From an uncultured Actinomycetes bacterium (lineage in GTDB: Bacteria; Actinomycetota; UBA4738; HRBIN12): a DNA stretch of 64,000 bases. The position numbers were made by a program, and so were the translations under genes. The stretch's first letter is position 1; each line of letters opens with the position of its first letter. The stretch is taken from positions 193,602 through 257,601 of the forward strand of contig CAVQCI010000001.1 of assembly GCA_963710985.1 (NCBI GenBank), given 5' to 3'. Positions 19,207-29,637 of this stretch are shown here, one piece after another. The notes beneath the pieces were generated by a model. That model saw only the letters and a list, made by a program, of their open reading frames with translations. It had not been told where the DNA came from and made no database searches.

Positions 19207-20216
19207 CCCGGCCCCTCCGCGAACACGTGGCGCATCGTCGTCGCGGGGTCCGGGTCGGGCGCCTCCCACGCGGCGGTGATCGCGGCGTCGACCTCGGCCT
19301 TCACCTCGTCGCGGACCGTCTGGACACGGTCGTGATCGAGCATGCCCTGCTCGATCAGGTACGCGGTGAACCGGTCGATCGGGTCGTGGTGCTTGTGCTC
19401 TTCGACCTCGGCGCGGGAGCGGTACGTCTTGTCGTCGTCGTCGGACGTGTGGGGCAGGAACCGGTAGGTCTTGCACTCGATCAAGGTCGGTCCGTCGCCG
19501 CGGCGTGCCCGGTCGTGGGCCTCCTTCATGGCCGCGAAACAGGCCAGCACGTCGTTCCCGTCGACGACCACGCCGGGCATCCCGTAGCCCTCCGCGCGGC
19601 TCGCGACGTCGTGCACGGCCATCTGCTTGGCCTGCGGCACGCTGATCGCGTACTCGTTGTTCTCGCAGACGAACACGACCGGCAGGCGGTGGATACCCGC
19701 GAAGTTCATCCCTTCGTGCCAGTCGCCCTCGCTGGTGGCGCCCTCGCCGAACCAGCAGGTGACCACCGCGTCCTCGTTGCGGAGCTTGATCGCGTAGGCG
19801 ATGCCCGCGGCGTGGGGGATCTGGGTCGCGATCGGGCTGGAGTGGCTGATGATGCCGAGTTCCTTCGCGCCCCAGTGGTTCGGCATCTGGCGCCCGGCGG
19901 AGGACGGGTCGTCGGCCTTCGAGAACAGGCCGTAGAACACCTGGATCGGGGTGAGGCCGGCACACAGCACCACGCCGAGGTCCCGGTAGTAGGGGAGCCA
20001 TACGTCGGTCCCACGCCGCATCGGCCAGGCCGTCCCGATCTGGCAGCCTTCGTGCCCGGAGACGGGGACCACGAACGGAGCTCGACCCATCCGGTTCTGG
20101 CGGAGCGCGGCTTCGTCGATCAGACGGGCCGAGAGCATCGTGCGGTGCATCGCGAGGAGGTCCTCGGCGCCCAGGCCGAGGGTCGCATAAGGTGTCTCGG
20201 TCACCTGGGCCGACAC
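19203..20216 (-). CDS. 2-oxoacid dehydrogenase E1 component alpha subunit (paralog 1, TPP-dependent)
   Basis: ORF 19203..20468(-). The likely GTG start is at residue 85 (after GGAG), giving about 337 aa. GEGATSEGDWHEGMNFAG and VCENNEYAIS form the TPP-binding signature. The reading frame is intact. Confidence 0.85.
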   Translation of the reverse strand: MSAQVTETPYATLGLGAEDLLAMHRTMLSARLIDEAALRQNRMGRAPFVVPVSGHEGCQIGTAWPMRRGTDVWLPYYRDLGVVLCAGLTPIQVFYGLFSKADDPSSAGRQMPNHWGAKELGIISHSSPIATQIPHAAGIAYAIKLRNEDAVVTCWFGEGATSEGDWHEGMNFAGIHRLPVVFVCENNEYAISVPQAKQMAVHDVASRAEGYGMPGVVVDGNDVLACFAAMKEAHDRARRGDGPTLIECKTYRFLPHTSDDDDKTYRSRAEVEEHKHHDPIDRFTAYLIEQGMLDHDRVQTVRDEVKAEVDAAITAAWEAPDPDPATTMRHVFAEGPG

Positions 20217-20299
20217 GCCGTTCTCCGTCGCGCCATGCCGCGACTCTACAACGCTCGGCCGCTCCGCGCGCCCCCGTGGACGGCCCTTGCCTGCCCTGC

Positions 20300-20329
20300 T
20301 TGGACAGGGGTACCCCCTAGGGGTATACT
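20300..20329 (+). promoter_or_regulatory. candidate sigma-70-type promoter of the YHS/cso operon
   Basis: TTGGAC (20300-20305), an 18-nt spacer, then TATACT (20324-20329), about 40 nt upstream of the YHS ATG. Confidence 0.45.
20311..20325. promoter_or_regulatory. candidate CsoR operator 1
   Basis: TACCCC-CTA-GGGGTA is a perfect 6-bp inverted repeat that overlaps the -10 element. It matches the GC-rich TACCC..GGGTA pseudo-palindrome known for CsoR operators. Confidence 0.6.
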
Positions 20330-20367
20330 GCGTGCATCGGACAGGCGATCCCGGAAGGAGCATCACG

Positions 20368-20532
20368 ATGATCGACCCGGTGTGCGGGATGTCGGTCGAG
20401 CCGGACACGGCCGCCGCAGCATGGGAACACGATGGCCAGACGTACTTCTTCTGCTCCGTCGGCTGCATGGAGCGCTTCCGTGAGGCGCCCGCGCGGTTCC
20501 TCGCGATGGATGCGTCCGAACGAGGGATGTGA
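20368..20532 (+). CDS. YHS/TRASH domain metal-binding protein (54 aa)
   Basis: The start is the internal ATG at residue 28 of ORF 20287..20532, after GGAAGGAG. The sequence is MIDPVCGMSVEP..YFFCSVGCMERF, the classic CGM..C..GC YHS pattern. Confidence 0.75.
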   Translation: MIDPVCGMSVEPDTAAAAWEHDGQTYFFCSVGCMERFREAPARFLAMDASERGM

Positions 20533-20534
20533 GG

Positions 20535-20555
20535 GGGTAGCCCCCCCGGGTACCC
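20535..20555. promoter_or_regulatory. candidate CsoR operator 2 (imperfect)
   Basis: GGGTAGCCCCCCCGGGTACCC has GGGTA/TACCC arms around a C7/G3 core. It lies directly after the YHS stop and 33 nt before the csoR ATG. Confidence 0.4.
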
Positions 20556-20587
20556 GAACTGCGGAATGGGGAGAGGGAGCGAGCGCG

Positions 20588-20860
20588 ATGTACGGATACG
20601 CCGCGAAGAAGGACGACGTGCAGGCCCGGCTGCGCCGGATCGAAGGGCAGGTCCGCGGCCTGCAGCGGATGGTGGACGAGGACACGTACTGCCTGGACAT
20701 CCTCACGCAGGTGAACTCCGTCGTGGCCGCGCTCCGCGCGGTCGGGATGGGGTTGCTCGACGATCATGTCCGCCACTGCGTGCGGGAGAGCATCGAGGTC
20801 GGGGACGGCGAGGCGAAGGTCGAAGAGCTGATGGCGGCCGTCGCCCGGTTCGCGAAGTAG
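20588..20860 (+). CDS. csoR: copper-sensing transcriptional repressor CsoR family
   Basis: The start is the internal ATG of ORF 20432..20860. The 90 aa include [16 protein letters not shown] and the C-H-C ligand pattern (YCLDIL .. HVRHC). Confidence 0.9.
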   Translation: MYGYAAKKDDVQARLRRIEGQVRGLQRMVDEDTYCLDILTQVNSVVAALRAVGMGLLDDHVRHCVRESIEVGDGEAKVEELMAAVARFAK

Positions 20861-20868
20861 GTGATCAC

Positions 20869-23112
20869 GTGGCCACGGACCTGAACGAACGGGAGATCGT
20901 GCTCGATATCGAGGGCATGACCTGCGCGTCGTGCGTCCAGAAGGTCGAGAAGGCCCTCGGCGGCGTCGAGGGTGTCGACGCCGCGACCGTGAACCTCGCG
21001 ACCCGCACCGCCACGATCCGCACGGCCGACGATCGTCTGGAACCGCTCGTGCGCGCGGTCGTGTCCGTCGGCTACGGCGCGAAGGAGCACGGCGAGGATC
21101 GCTCGCCCGACGAGGAGGAGCGCTTCTACCGGCGGCGACTGATCGTGGCCGTCCCGCTGACCGTCGCGATCCTCGTCCTGACCTTCGGGTTGGCGTCGTG
21201 GAGCGGCTCGATGTGGCTGGCGTGGGCGCTCGCGACGCCGGTCCAGTTCTACGCGGGCTGGCCGTTCCTGCACCACGCCTGGCGCGCGGCCCGGCACCGG
21301 ACGACCACGATGGACACCCTCGTCGCGATCGGATCGTTGGCCGCGTACCTCTACAGCGCGTGGGCGGTGCTCGACGCGGCGCGTGCGTCCGCCTCGATGG
21401 CCGGGATGGCGGTGGACGTGCATCACTACTTCGACACCGCGGCCGTGATCATCACGCTGATCCTGCTCGGCAAGATGCTCGAGGCGCGCGCCAGGGCGAC
21501 GGCCGGCGACGCCTCGCGAGCGCTCCTGGAGCGCGGGGCGAAGCAGGCGACGATCCTCACGCCCCAGGGCGACGAACGGACGATCCCGATCGACGACCTG
21601 CGTCCGGGGATGAAGGCGGTCGTCCGCCCGGGCGAGAAGGTCCCGGCCGACGGCGTCGTGAAGGAGGGCGAGTCCTGGGTCGACCTCTCGTTGCTCACCG
21701 GGGAGTCGGTGCCGGTCGACGTGCAGCCCGGAGACGAGGTCGTCGGGGCGTCGATCAACGGCCGTGGCCGGCTGGTGGTGTTCGTCACGAAGGTCGGCGC
21801 GAACACGAAGCTGGCCGAGATCGTGCGGCTGCTCGAGGCGGCGCAGGGATCGAAGGCGCCGGTCCAGCGGCTCGCGGATCGGATCTCCTCGGTGTTCGTG
21901 CCGGTCGTGATGGCGATCGCCGCGGCGACCTTCGCCGGGTGGGCGCTGTTCACGGGCGTGGGACCGGGACAGGCGCTGCTCCACGCCACGGCGGTGCTGC
22001 TGATCGCGTGCCCGTGCGCGCTCGGGCTCGCGACGCCTGCCGCGATCATGGCGGGGACGGGCCGGGCCGCCGAGCTCGGCGTGCTGTTCAAGGGCGGCGA
22101 GGTGTTCGAGGCGGCTCGCGCGGCCGACATCGTCCTGCTCGACAAGACCGGGACGGTCACCGAGGGCACCATGGCGCTCGCCGACGTGATCGCGGTCAAC
22201 GGCGCCGACGAGACACAGGTGCTCGGGTGGGCTTCGGCGACCGAGATGGGGTCGGAACACCCGATCGCGCGGGCGGTGGTCGAGGGGGCACGTGAGCGGG
22301 GCCTCGCGGTTGCGGAGGCATCCGCGCACGCGGTCGAACCCGGCGCCGGCGCGACGGCGATCGTCGACGGCGAGCGCGTGCGGGTCGGACGCGCGATCGG
22401 GCTCCCGCCAGCGATGGAGGAGATGGCCGAGGGGCTCGCCCGGCGCGGGCTGACCCCGTTCGCGGTGTGGCGGGAGGGCGTGCCCTTCGGGCTCGTCGCG
22501 GTCGCGGACACCGTCAAGCCGGAGGCCGCGGCGACCGTCGAGCGGCTGCACGCCCTGGGCCTCGAGGTCGCGATGGTGACCGGCGATCGACGCGCGACCG
22601 CCGAGGCGATCGCCGCGGCGACCGGGATCGACCGCGTGCTCGCCGAGGTCTACCCCGACGGCAAGGTCGAGGAGGTCCGCCGGCTCCAGGACGAGGGCCG
22701 CAAGGTCGTGTTCGTGGGCGACGGGTTGAACGACGCCCCTGCGCTCGCGCGGGCGACCGTCGGGATCGCGATGGGATCGGGCACCGACGTGGCGATGGCA
22801 GCCGCCGACGTCGACCTGCTCGGTGGCTCGCTCCTGTCGGTCGCCGACGCGCTGATGCTGGCGCGACGGACCTACCGGATCATCGCGGAGAACCTGTTCT
22901 GGGCCTTCGCGTACAACGTCGTGATGGTGCCGCTCGCGGTCTTCGGCGTGCTGAACCCGATGTGGGCCGCGGCCGCGATGGCGCTGTCGAGCGTCACGGT
23001 CGTGCTGAACGCCCTTCGGCTGCGGCGGTTCGGCGGTCACGGCGCGGGCGGAGGGAACAGCTCCCCCCCGGACCGCGTTGTCACCCCCGGGCCCGTCGCC
23101 CAGACTGCCTGA
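20869..23112 (+). CDS. copA: copper-translocating P1B-type ATPase
   Basis: The start is the GTG at residue 102 of ORF 20566..23112. It has the N-terminal HMA motif GMTCASC, the CPC transmembrane motif ([11 protein letters not shown]), DKTGT and [10 protein letters not shown]. Length is 747 aa and the frame is intact. Confidence 0.95.
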   Translation: MATDLNEREIVLDIEGMTCASCVQKVEKALGGVEGVDAATVNLATRTATIRTADDRLEPLVRAVVSVGYGAKEHGEDRSPDEEERFYRRRLIVAVPLTVAILVLTFGLASWSGSMWLAWALATPVQFYAGWPFLHHAWRAARHRTTTMDTLVAIGSLAAYLYSAWAVLDAARASASMAGMAVDVHHYFDTAAVIITLILLGKMLEARARATAGDASRALLERGAKQATILTPQGDERTIPIDDLRPGMKAVVRPGEKVPADGVVKEGESWVDLSLLTGESVPVDVQPGDEVVGASINGRGRLVVFVTKVGANTKLAEIVRLLEAAQGSKAPVQRLADRISSVFVPVVMAIAAATFAGWALFTGVGPGQALLHATAVLLIACPCALGLATPAAIMAGTGRAAELGVLFKGGEVFEAARAADIVLLDKTGTVTEGTMALADVIAVNGADETQVLGWASATEMGSEHPIARAVVEGARERGLAVAEASAHAVEPGAGATAIVDGERVRVGRAIGLPPAMEEMAEGLARRGLTPFAVWREGVPFGLVAVADTVKPEAAATVERLHALGLEVAMVTGDRRATAEAIAAATGIDRVLAEVYPDGKVEEVRRLQDEGRKVVFVGDGLNDAPALARATVGIAMGSGTDVAMAAADVDLLGGSLLSVADALMLARRTYRIIAENLFWAFAYNVVMVPLAVFGVLNPMWAAAAMALSSVTVVLNALRLRRFGGHGAGGGNSSPPDRVVTPGPVAQTA

Positions 23113-23149
23113 GGAAGCCGAGGACCTGAAGAGGCCGGGGAAGGAACCG

Positions 23150-23953
23150 ATGAGCGCGATCATGGAACACGTCGTCGAGGTCACCGACGAGAGCTTCGAG
23201 CAGGTGGTGGTCGAGGGATCGAAGGAACGGCCGGTCGTCGTCGACCTCTGGGCGGCGTGGTGCGGCCCCTGCCGGACCCTCGGGCCGATCCTCGAGAAGG
23301 TTGCGAACGAACGCGACGGCGCGTTCCTGCTCGCGAAGGTCGACGTCGACGCGAACGGCGTCGGTCAGGCGCTGCTGCAGGCCGTGCGGAGCCAGAGCAT
23401 CCCGACCGTCGTCGCGTTCCGCGACGGCCAGATCGTCGACGGGTTCCTCGGGGCGCTGCCGGAGCCCGAGGTCAATCGGTTCGTCGACGCCCTCATGCCC
23501 ACCGAGACCGAGCTCGAGGTGAAGGAGGCGGCCGCCGAGGCCGAGTCCGGCGACGTGGCGGAGGCCGAGGCCGCGTTCCGCGAGGTGCTCGACAAAGACC
23601 CTGCGAACCGCGACGCGGCGCTGGGGTTGGCGCGGATCCTGCTGGATCGCGGCGACGTCGACGGCGCCCGCCCACTGGTCGCTCAGCACCTGCCCGACCC
23701 CGAGGCCGAGCAGGTACACGCGCTGATCGAGGTCCGCGAGTGGGCGCACGAGCCCGGCGCCGGCACGCTCGTGTCCGCCAAGCGTCTGGCCGCACAGGGG
23801 TCGTGGCGCGAGGCGCTCGATGGGATGCTCGGCGCCCTTCCCGACGACCGCGACGGGGCGCGCCAGGCGATGCTGACCTCGTTCGAGGTGCTCGGGGACG
23901 AGGATCCGCTCACCCTCGAGTACCGCCGCCGGCTCTCCGCCGCGCTCTTCTAG
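23150..23953 (+). CDS. thioredoxin domain protein with a C-terminal TPR-like domain (YbbN/CnoX-like)
   Basis: The start is the internal ATG at residue 25 of ORF 23078..23953. It has the WCGPC active site followed by a helical repeat region. Length is 267 aa. Confidence 0.85.
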   Translation: MSAIMEHVVEVTDESFEQVVVEGSKERPVVVDLWAAWCGPCRTLGPILEKVANERDGAFLLAKVDVDANGVGQALLQAVRSQSIPTVVAFRDGQIVDGFLGALPEPEVNRFVDALMPTETELEVKEAAAEAESGDVAEAEAAFREVLDKDPANRDAALGLARILLDRGDVDGARPLVAQHLPDPEAEQVHALIEVREWAHEPGAGTLVSAKRLAAQGSWREALDGMLGALPDDRDGARQAMLTSFEVLGDEDPLTLEYRRRLSAALF

Positions 23954-23967
23954 GCCCGTCCTGCGTG

Positions 23968-24712
23968 ATGAGCGAGGTCCACGATCGCCTCCGCGACTGG
24001 TGGGACGAGGACGCCGATGGCTACGACGTCTCGGTCGGTCACGCGATGTCCGACCCGGTCGAGGCGGCCGCGTGGGCGGACGCGCTCCGCGCCTTCCTGC
24101 CCCCGCCGCCGGCACGCGTGCTCGACGTCGGCGCGGGGACGGGCTCGCTGGCGTTGCTCGCGGCCGAACTCGGGCACGACGTGACGGCGCTGGACCTGTC
24201 CGAGGGGATGCTGCAGAAGGCGCACGGCAAGGCGGCGGAGCGCGGTCTGCGCCTGGAGTTTCACCACGGTCCGGCCGAGGAGCCCCCGCGCGGGACCGTT
24301 CGACGCGGTGATGGAACGCCACCTCGCGTGGACCCTGCCCGACCCCAACCGCGCGTTCTCGGCATGGCGTGGCGTCGTGCGCCCGGGCGGGCGCCTCGTG
24401 TTGCTCGAGGGGTCGTGGGCCGGCGAGGGGCCGTTCGTCGCGGCGAAGGACGCGCTGGCCGGTCTCCTCAAGCGCGCGTACGGCATCCACGACGATCACC
24501 ACGCCGCCTATCCGCAGGACATCGTCGCCAGGCTGCCGCTCGCGGGGACGACGTCGCCACGCCCGTTCGTGCTCGCGGTGCGTCGCGCGGGGTGGCGGGC
24601 GATCCGCCTGCACCGGCTCCGCGACGTGGAGTGGGCGATCGAAGGCCGCGAGCCGTGGCCGCTCGGGGCGCTCACCCACCGGCCGCGCTACGCGGTCGTC
24701 GCCGACGCGTGA
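23968..24712 (+). pseudogene. class I SAM-dependent methyltransferase, one frame break
   Basis: The N-terminus is MSEVHDRL..VLDVGAGTGSLAL (residue 238 onward of ORF 23257..). The C-terminus is FDAVMERHLAWTLPDP.. in ORF 24308..24712. The break is at the C5 run at 24283-24287; C4 would restore EEPRAGPFDAV. Confidence 0.7.
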
Positions 24713-24715
24713 CGA

Positions 24716-25486
24716 TCAGATCCTGCGCGTCGACCAGACGTCGGTCCGGTAGGGGAAGACCACCTCGCGTTCGCCGGCGCCCGCTCCGGGCAGGAGCGCT
24801 CGCACCCCCTCGGCCACACGCTCGCGCTCGGCGTCGGACAGCGCCGCCACGAAGCTGATCGAGACGATCCGATCGACCACGCCCTCCGTCGTCGTGCGGT
24901 GGGCATACGGGAACGACGTCCGTTCGAGCGGCGCGAAGGCGGACGATGCGTCGAACGCCTCGCGCCAGCGCATCGACCGGTGGCTCGGCGTGTCCCCGCG
25001 GTAGGGCTCGATCAGCTCGGTCAGGCCGCGCACCCAGGGCTCCTCCTCGTCACGGACGTTCCACACGAGCGCGACCGGGCCGCCCGGCGGGAGCACCCGG
25101 GCAAGCTCCGCGACCGCTCGCGGGCCGTCGAACCAGTGGAACGCCTGGGCGGCGACGGCCGCGTCGATCGAACCGGCGGGAACCAGGAGCTCCTCGGCGA
25201 CGGCATCGAGCGCTTCGACCGAGGGCACCGCCCGGCGCAGGGCCTCGCGCATCCCCGCGACCGGCTCGACCGCGACGATCCGCACGCCGGTCGGCGCGAG
25301 CAGCCGCGTGAGCTTGCCCGTCCCGGCCCCGAGCTCGAGCAGGGTGCGTCCGGCTTCCAGCCCGAGGCCCTCGACGAGCAGGGCCACCGCCGGCGCCGGG
25401 AAGTCCGGCCGGCCACGCTCGTACGCGTCGGCCGCGCGCTCGAAGCCGAGGGCAGCGGCGCGATGGACGCGTGCCTCAGGCGACAT
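24716..25486 (-). CDS. class I SAM-dependent methyltransferase (Methyltransf_11 type)
   Basis: ORF 24716..25486(-), 256 aa. It has LELGAGTGKLT and AAQAFHWF. Confidence 0.85.
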   Translation of the reverse strand: MSPEARVHRAAALGFERAADAYERGRPDFPAPAVALLVEGLGLEAGRTLLELGAGTGKLTRLLAPTGVRIVAVEPVAGMREALRRAVPSVEALDAVAEELLVPAGSIDAAVAAQAFHWFDGPRAVAELARVLPPGGPVALVWNVRDEEEPWVRGLTELIEPYRGDTPSHRSMRWREAFDASSAFAPLERTSFPYAHRTTTEGVVDRIVSISFVAALSDAERERVAEGVRALLPGAGAGEREVVFPYRTDVWSTRRI

Positions 25487-26181
25487 CGACCCTCGCCGCG
25501 AACGCGTCCGCTTCCTCGCCCGGCGCCGGTCCGAACGCGAGATCGAACACGTCCGCGAGATGCCGTTCGAGGTGGGGGCGGACCTCGGCGACGGTCACGT
25601 CACGCCCGAGCTGCGCCGACAGCGACGTCACGCCGTGCTCGGGCAGTCCGCACGCGACGATGCCGGCGAACCACGACAGATCGGTGTCGCAGTTCAGCGC
25701 GAAGCCGTGCAGCGTGACCCGGGTCCGCAGCAGGCGCACCCCGATCGCGCAGATCTTCTCGTTGCCACACCACACGCCCGTCTGCACGTCGACGCGCCGC
25801 CCGACGCTCGCCCCGAGGTCCGCGCACGGGCGGATCACGGCCTCTTCCAGGGCGCGCAGGTACGCGGCGGCGTCGGGCTTCGCGCCGAGGCCCAGGATCG
25901 GATAACCGACGAGCTGCCCCGGCCCGTGGAAGGTGAACGAGCCGCCGCGGTCGATCTTGCGGACGAGTCCGCCTCTGGCTTCGACCTCGCCGGGCGCCCA
26001 GAGCAGCTCGTCGTCCTTCGCTCGGCGTCCCGCGGTGAACACGGGAGGGTGTTCGAGGAGGATCGACCGTGTCGGGGATCTCCCCTGCGAGGCGGCGCTC
26101 GGCGAGCGCGTGCATCGCGGCGTTGGCGGCGTCATAGGGGACCGGCCCCTCGGGGACGATGAGCCAGGCGTCGCGCGCCAT
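25476..26181 (-). pseudogene. lipB: octanoyl/lipoyl (ACP) protein transferase, one frame break
   Basis: The N-terminus MARDAWLIVPEGPVPYDAANAAMHALAERRLAGEIPDTV lies in ORF 25600..26181. The remainder (ILLEHPPVFTAGRR..DRGGSFTFHGPGQLVGYPIL..KICAIGV..HGFALN) lies in the tail of ORF 25476..27452. The break is near 26064. Confidence 0.8.
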
Positions 26182-26185
26182 CGGG

Positions 26186-27511
26186 CTACAGGCCGAGATC
26201 CTCGGCGAAGTCCCAGGTCTCGAGGTTCTGCTTCACCCGCGCGAGGAATCGCGTGGCGAGCTCGCCGTCGATCACGCGGTGGTCCCACGACATCGAGACG
26301 TTGACCATCGACCGGATCGCGATCGCGTCCTCGATCACGACCGGCCGCTTGACGATCGCGTCGAGCGACAGGATCGCGACGTTCGGCGTGTTGATGATCG
26401 GGACGCTCGCGACCGACCCGTAGGGCCCGGGGTTCGTGATCGTGAACGTGCCGCCCTGCACCTCGTCGGGCTGCAGCTGGTGGGCCCTGGCTCGCGCGGC
26501 GAGATCGGCGATCGCGCGCGCGATCCCGACGGTGTTCATCGCGTCGGCGTTCTTGATCACCGGGACGATCAGGCCGGCGTCGTAGGAGACCGCGATCGCC
26601 ATGTGCACGGCGCGCGGCGCCACGATGTCCTCGCCGTCCAGCCGCGCGTTCACGTACGGATACTCCTGGAGGGCGTCGACGGTCGCGCGCACGACGAACG
26701 GCAGGTAGGTGAGGTTGAGGCCGTGCTTGGCGCGGAAGCGCTCCTTCTCCTGGGTCCGCAGTCGCACGAGGTGCTCGACGTTGACCTCGACCATCGTCCA
26801 GGCGCGGGCCGTGGTCTGGACCGACGCGTGCATGTGCTCGGCGATCGCGCGGCGGATGTGGGTCATCGGCTGGCGTTCCTCGCCCGACGCGACGCCCTGG
26901 GTCATGGCCGGCGCGGGCACCGGCGCCGGCGCGGAAACGGCCGCGGGCGCCGCGGGCGCCGGGGGAGCGGCAGGCATCGCGGCGCCTCCTGCCGCGATCG
27001 CCTGCTCCACGTCCTTGCGGGTGATCCGTCCGCCGGTGCCCGTGCCGGCGATCGTCGACAGGTCGAGCGCGTGCTCCTGGGCGAGCCGCCTGACCACCGG
27101 CGAGACGACCTGCGACTGGGGTCCCCGGTCGGGAAGGGTGGCGGCTGCTGCCGGGGCGGGTGCCGACCCCGCCGAGACGGGGGCGGCCATCGGGGAGGGC
27201 GGGGCCTCCGCCGCTGCCGGCGCCGCTGCCGAGGCCGCGGGGGCCGCCGTCACGGCCGTCGCGGCCGCGCCGCCGGTCCCGTCCTCGACGGTCGCCAGCT
27301 CGGTGCCGACCGGCACCGTCTCGCCCTCCGGAACGAGGATCTTCGACACGGTGCCGGCCACCGGAGACGGAACCTCCGTGTCGACCTTGTCCGTCGAGAT
27401 CTCGAACAGTGGCTCGTCGCGGTCGACGTGCTCGCCCTCTTGCTTCAGCCACTTCAGGATCGTGCCCTCGACGATCGTCTCGCCGAGCTGGGGCATCTGG
27501 ATCGAGGTCAT
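26186..27511 (-). CDS. dihydrolipoamide acyltransferase (E2 component)
   Basis: ORF 26186..27511(-), 441 aa. It has a lipoyl domain (EISTDKVDTEVPSP), a subunit-binding domain (SPVVRRLAQEHALDLS) and the catalytic DHRVIDG. Confidence 0.9.
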   Translation of the reverse strand: MTSIQMPQLGETIVEGTILKWLKQEGEHVDRDEPLFEISTDKVDTEVPSPVAGTVSKILVPEGETVPVGTELATVEDGTGGAAATAVTAAPAASAAAPAAAEAPPSPMAAPVSAGSAPAPAAAATLPDRGPQSQVVSPVVRRLAQEHALDLSTIAGTGTGGRITRKDVEQAIAAGGAAMPAAPPAPAAPAAVSAPAPVPAPAMTQGVASGEERQPMTHIRRAIAEHMHASVQTTARAWTMVEVNVEHLVRLRTQEKERFRAKHGLNLTYLPFVVRATVDALQEYPYVNARLDGEDIVAPRAVHMAIAVSYDAGLIVPVIKNADAMNTVGIARAIADLAARARAHQLQPDEVQGGTFTITNPGPYGSVASVPIINTPNVAILSLDAIVKRPVVIEDAIAIRSMVNVSMSWDHRVIDGELATRFLARVKQNLETWDFAEDLGL

Positions 27512-27527
27512 CGAGCCTCCGGGGTCA

Positions 27528-28574
27528 TCACCAAGCGGACAGGTCGTCGACGGCGCGTTCGATGTCCGCGACCTGCGGCAGGAACGCGTCTTCGAGGGTG
27601 GGGCTGAACGGGATCGGCATGTTAGGGGGCGCGAGCCGCTTCACCGGTGCGTCGAGATGCTGGAAGGCGCGGTCGGCGATCGTCGCGGCGACCTCGGCCC
27701 CGATCCCGACGAACCGGTACCCCTCGGTCAGCACGAGCGCGCGCGAGGTCTTCTCGATCGAGTGCAGCACGGTCTCCTCGTCGAGGGGGTAGACCGTGCG
27801 CAGGTCCACGACCTCGAGCGAGATCCCGCGCTGGGCGAGGCTCTCGGCGGCCTCGAGCGCCTTGTGGACCATCGCACCGTAGGTGACCACCGTGACGTCG
27901 TCGCCCGGGCGACGTACCTGTGCGACGCCGATCGGCAGCGTGAAGTCGGGGTCGGTCGGGACCTGCTCCTTGATCCGGCGGTAGATCCACTTGTGCTCGA
28001 GGAACATCACGGGGTTGTCGTCGCGGACGGCCGACTTCAGCAGTCCTTTCGCGTCGGAGGGGAACGACGGGCACACGATCTTGATCCCGCCTTGGTAGGC
28101 GAACCACGGCTCGGGGTTGACCGAGTGGAACGACGACGCACGCACGCCCCCGCCCGACGGTCCCCGCAGCACCACCGGGAGCGGCACGCCGCTGCGGTAG
28201 TGGTATCGCGAGAGCACCGTGGTGATCTCGTCGAACCCGCTCGACATGAAGTCCGCGTACTGGAACTCGGCGATCGGCCGCAGCCCTTCCATCGCGGAGC
28301 CGACGGCCATCCCGACGATCGTCTCCTCGGCGATCGGCGTGTCGATCACGCGCGTCGGGCCGAACCGATCCAAGAACCCCTCGGTGACCTTGAACGCGCC
28401 GCCGTAGACCCCGATATCCTCGCCGAGCATGTAGACGCGCTCGTCGCGTTCCATCTCCTCCCAGAGCGCCTCGGCGATCGCGATCAGGTAGGTGGCCTGG
28501 CCGTCGTCGGTGCGCTTGCCCCGCGGCTCGGCGCCGTGGCCGGCCGCGCCCGCCTCGACCTGTGCGGTCCCCAT
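27528..28574 (-). CDS. 2-oxoacid dehydrogenase E1 beta subunit (paralog 2)
   Basis: The start is the internal ATG at residue 22 of ORF 27528..28637(-), overlapping the E1alpha stop (ATGA). The 348 aa are intact and include DTPIAEETIVGMAVG. Confidence 0.9.
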   Translation of the reverse strand: MGTAQVEAGAAGHGAEPRGKRTDDGQATYLIAIAEALWEEMERDERVYMLGEDIGVYGGAFKVTEGFLDRFGPTRVIDTPIAEETIVGMAVGSAMEGLRPIAEFQYADFMSSGFDEITTVLSRYHYRSGVPLPVVLRGPSGGGVRASSFHSVNPEPWFAYQGGIKIVCPSFPSDAKGLLKSAVRDDNPVMFLEHKWIYRRIKEQVPTDPDFTLPIGVAQVRRPGDDVTVVTYGAMVHKALEAAESLAQRGISLEVVDLRTVYPLDEETVLHSIEKTSRALVLTEGYRFVGIGAEVAATIADRAFQHLDAPVKRLAPPNMPIPFSPTLEDAFLPQVADIERAVDDLSAW

Positions 28575-29629
28575 CAGCCGGCCTCCGTTCCGCCGCCGCG
28601 CCCGGGGTCGGAGGTCCAATAGCCGTCCTCGACCCACAGTCCCCGCGTGGCGTCGGCGGGCTCGGGGAACGGCGAGGCCAGGGCATACTCGTGGCCCTCA
28701 TCGAACTCCTGCTCGATCCGCGCCTGCAGCTCGGCGATGTCGTCCTTCGTCATGACGCCCTGCTCGAGCACGTATTCCTCGAAGTTCTTCACGGGATCGT
28801 GGTGCGCCATGAAGTCGTCGAGGAGCTCGCGCGCCATGTACTTCGCGGGGTCGTGCCCGGCGTGGCCGCGCCACCGCAGCGACACGGACTCGATCAGGGT
28901 CGGGCCGTCGCCGCTCCGCGCGCGATCCACGGCTTCCTTGGCGGCCGCGTAGACCTCCAGGACGTCGCCGCCGTCGACGCGGACGCCAGGGATCCCGTAG
29001 GCCGCCGCGCGCTCGGCGATCGTCGGCACCGTGAACTCCTGGGGGTTAGGCGTGGAGTAGGCGAACTGGTTGTTGTTCACGACCCACACGACCGGCAGGC
29101 CGAACACCGCGGACGTGTTGATCGCCTCGTGCCAGCGCCCGTTCGAGGTGGCGCCGTCGCCGCAGATCGCCATCGCGACGTGACGCTCGTCCCGGAGCTT
29201 GTACGCGAGCGCCGCGCCGCACGCGACCGGATAGGCGATCGGCAGGTGCGACATCACCGTGAACGTCTTGTGGCCCTGCCAGTCGCCGATGTGGCTGTTG
29301 CCGTCGCGTCCGCGCGTGTAGCCGTCGATCCGGCCCCAGTACTGCGCCATCACCCGCTTGAGGTCGAGACCCTTCGTCAGCTGAGCGGTGAGGTCGCGGT
29401 GGGTCGGGAACAGCGAGTCTTCGGGCGCCAGCGCGAACGCGACCCCCACATGGGTGCCTTCCTGGCCGCGCCCGGAGTAGATCGCGCCGGGCAGGCGCCC
29501 CTGGCGGTAGAGGGCCTCCATCCGCTCGTCGAAGTACCGGGCGAGCTTGAGCAGGTGCAGGATCTCCTTGAGCCGGTCCTCGGGGAGCGGCCGGCCGGAG
29601 GCGGTGTCGGATTCGAGGGTCGTGGCCAC
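28574..29629 (-). CDS. 2-oxoacid dehydrogenase E1 alpha subunit (paralog 2)
   Basis: The start is the GTG at residue 42 of ORF 28574..29752(-), preceded by AAGGAA. It has the TPP motif GDGATSNGRWHEAINTSAV..VNNNQFA. Length is 351 aa. Confidence 0.9.
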   Translation of the reverse strand: MATTLESDTASGRPLPEDRLKEILHLLKLARYFDERMEALYRQGRLPGAIYSGRGQEGTHVGVAFALAPEDSLFPTHRDLTAQLTKGLDLKRVMAQYWGRIDGYTRGRDGNSHIGDWQGHKTFTVMSHLPIAYPVACGAALAYKLRDERHVAMAICGDGATSNGRWHEAINTSAVFGLPVVWVVNNNQFAYSTPNPQEFTVPTIAERAAAYGIPGVRVDGGDVLEVYAAAKEAVDRARSGDGPTLIESVSLRWRGHAGHDPAKYMARELLDDFMAHHDPVKNFEEYVLEQGVMTKDDIAELQARIEQEFDEGHEYALASPFPEPADATRGLWVEDGYWTSDPGRGGGTEAG

Positions 29630-29637
29630 GGGGTTCC

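Noticed and set aside
20869-23112. A programmed frameshift in copA producing a CopZ-like product, as described for E. coli copA.
   Set aside because: The gene reads through uninterrupted for 747 aa. I saw no slippery heptamer or structure after the HMA domain.
20217-25486. The copper/thioredoxin/methyltransferase segment as a mobile genomic island.
   Set aside because: I saw no integrase, transposase, tRNA target or flanking direct or inverted repeats. Base composition looks like the rest of the window by eye. I kept it only as a synteny question.
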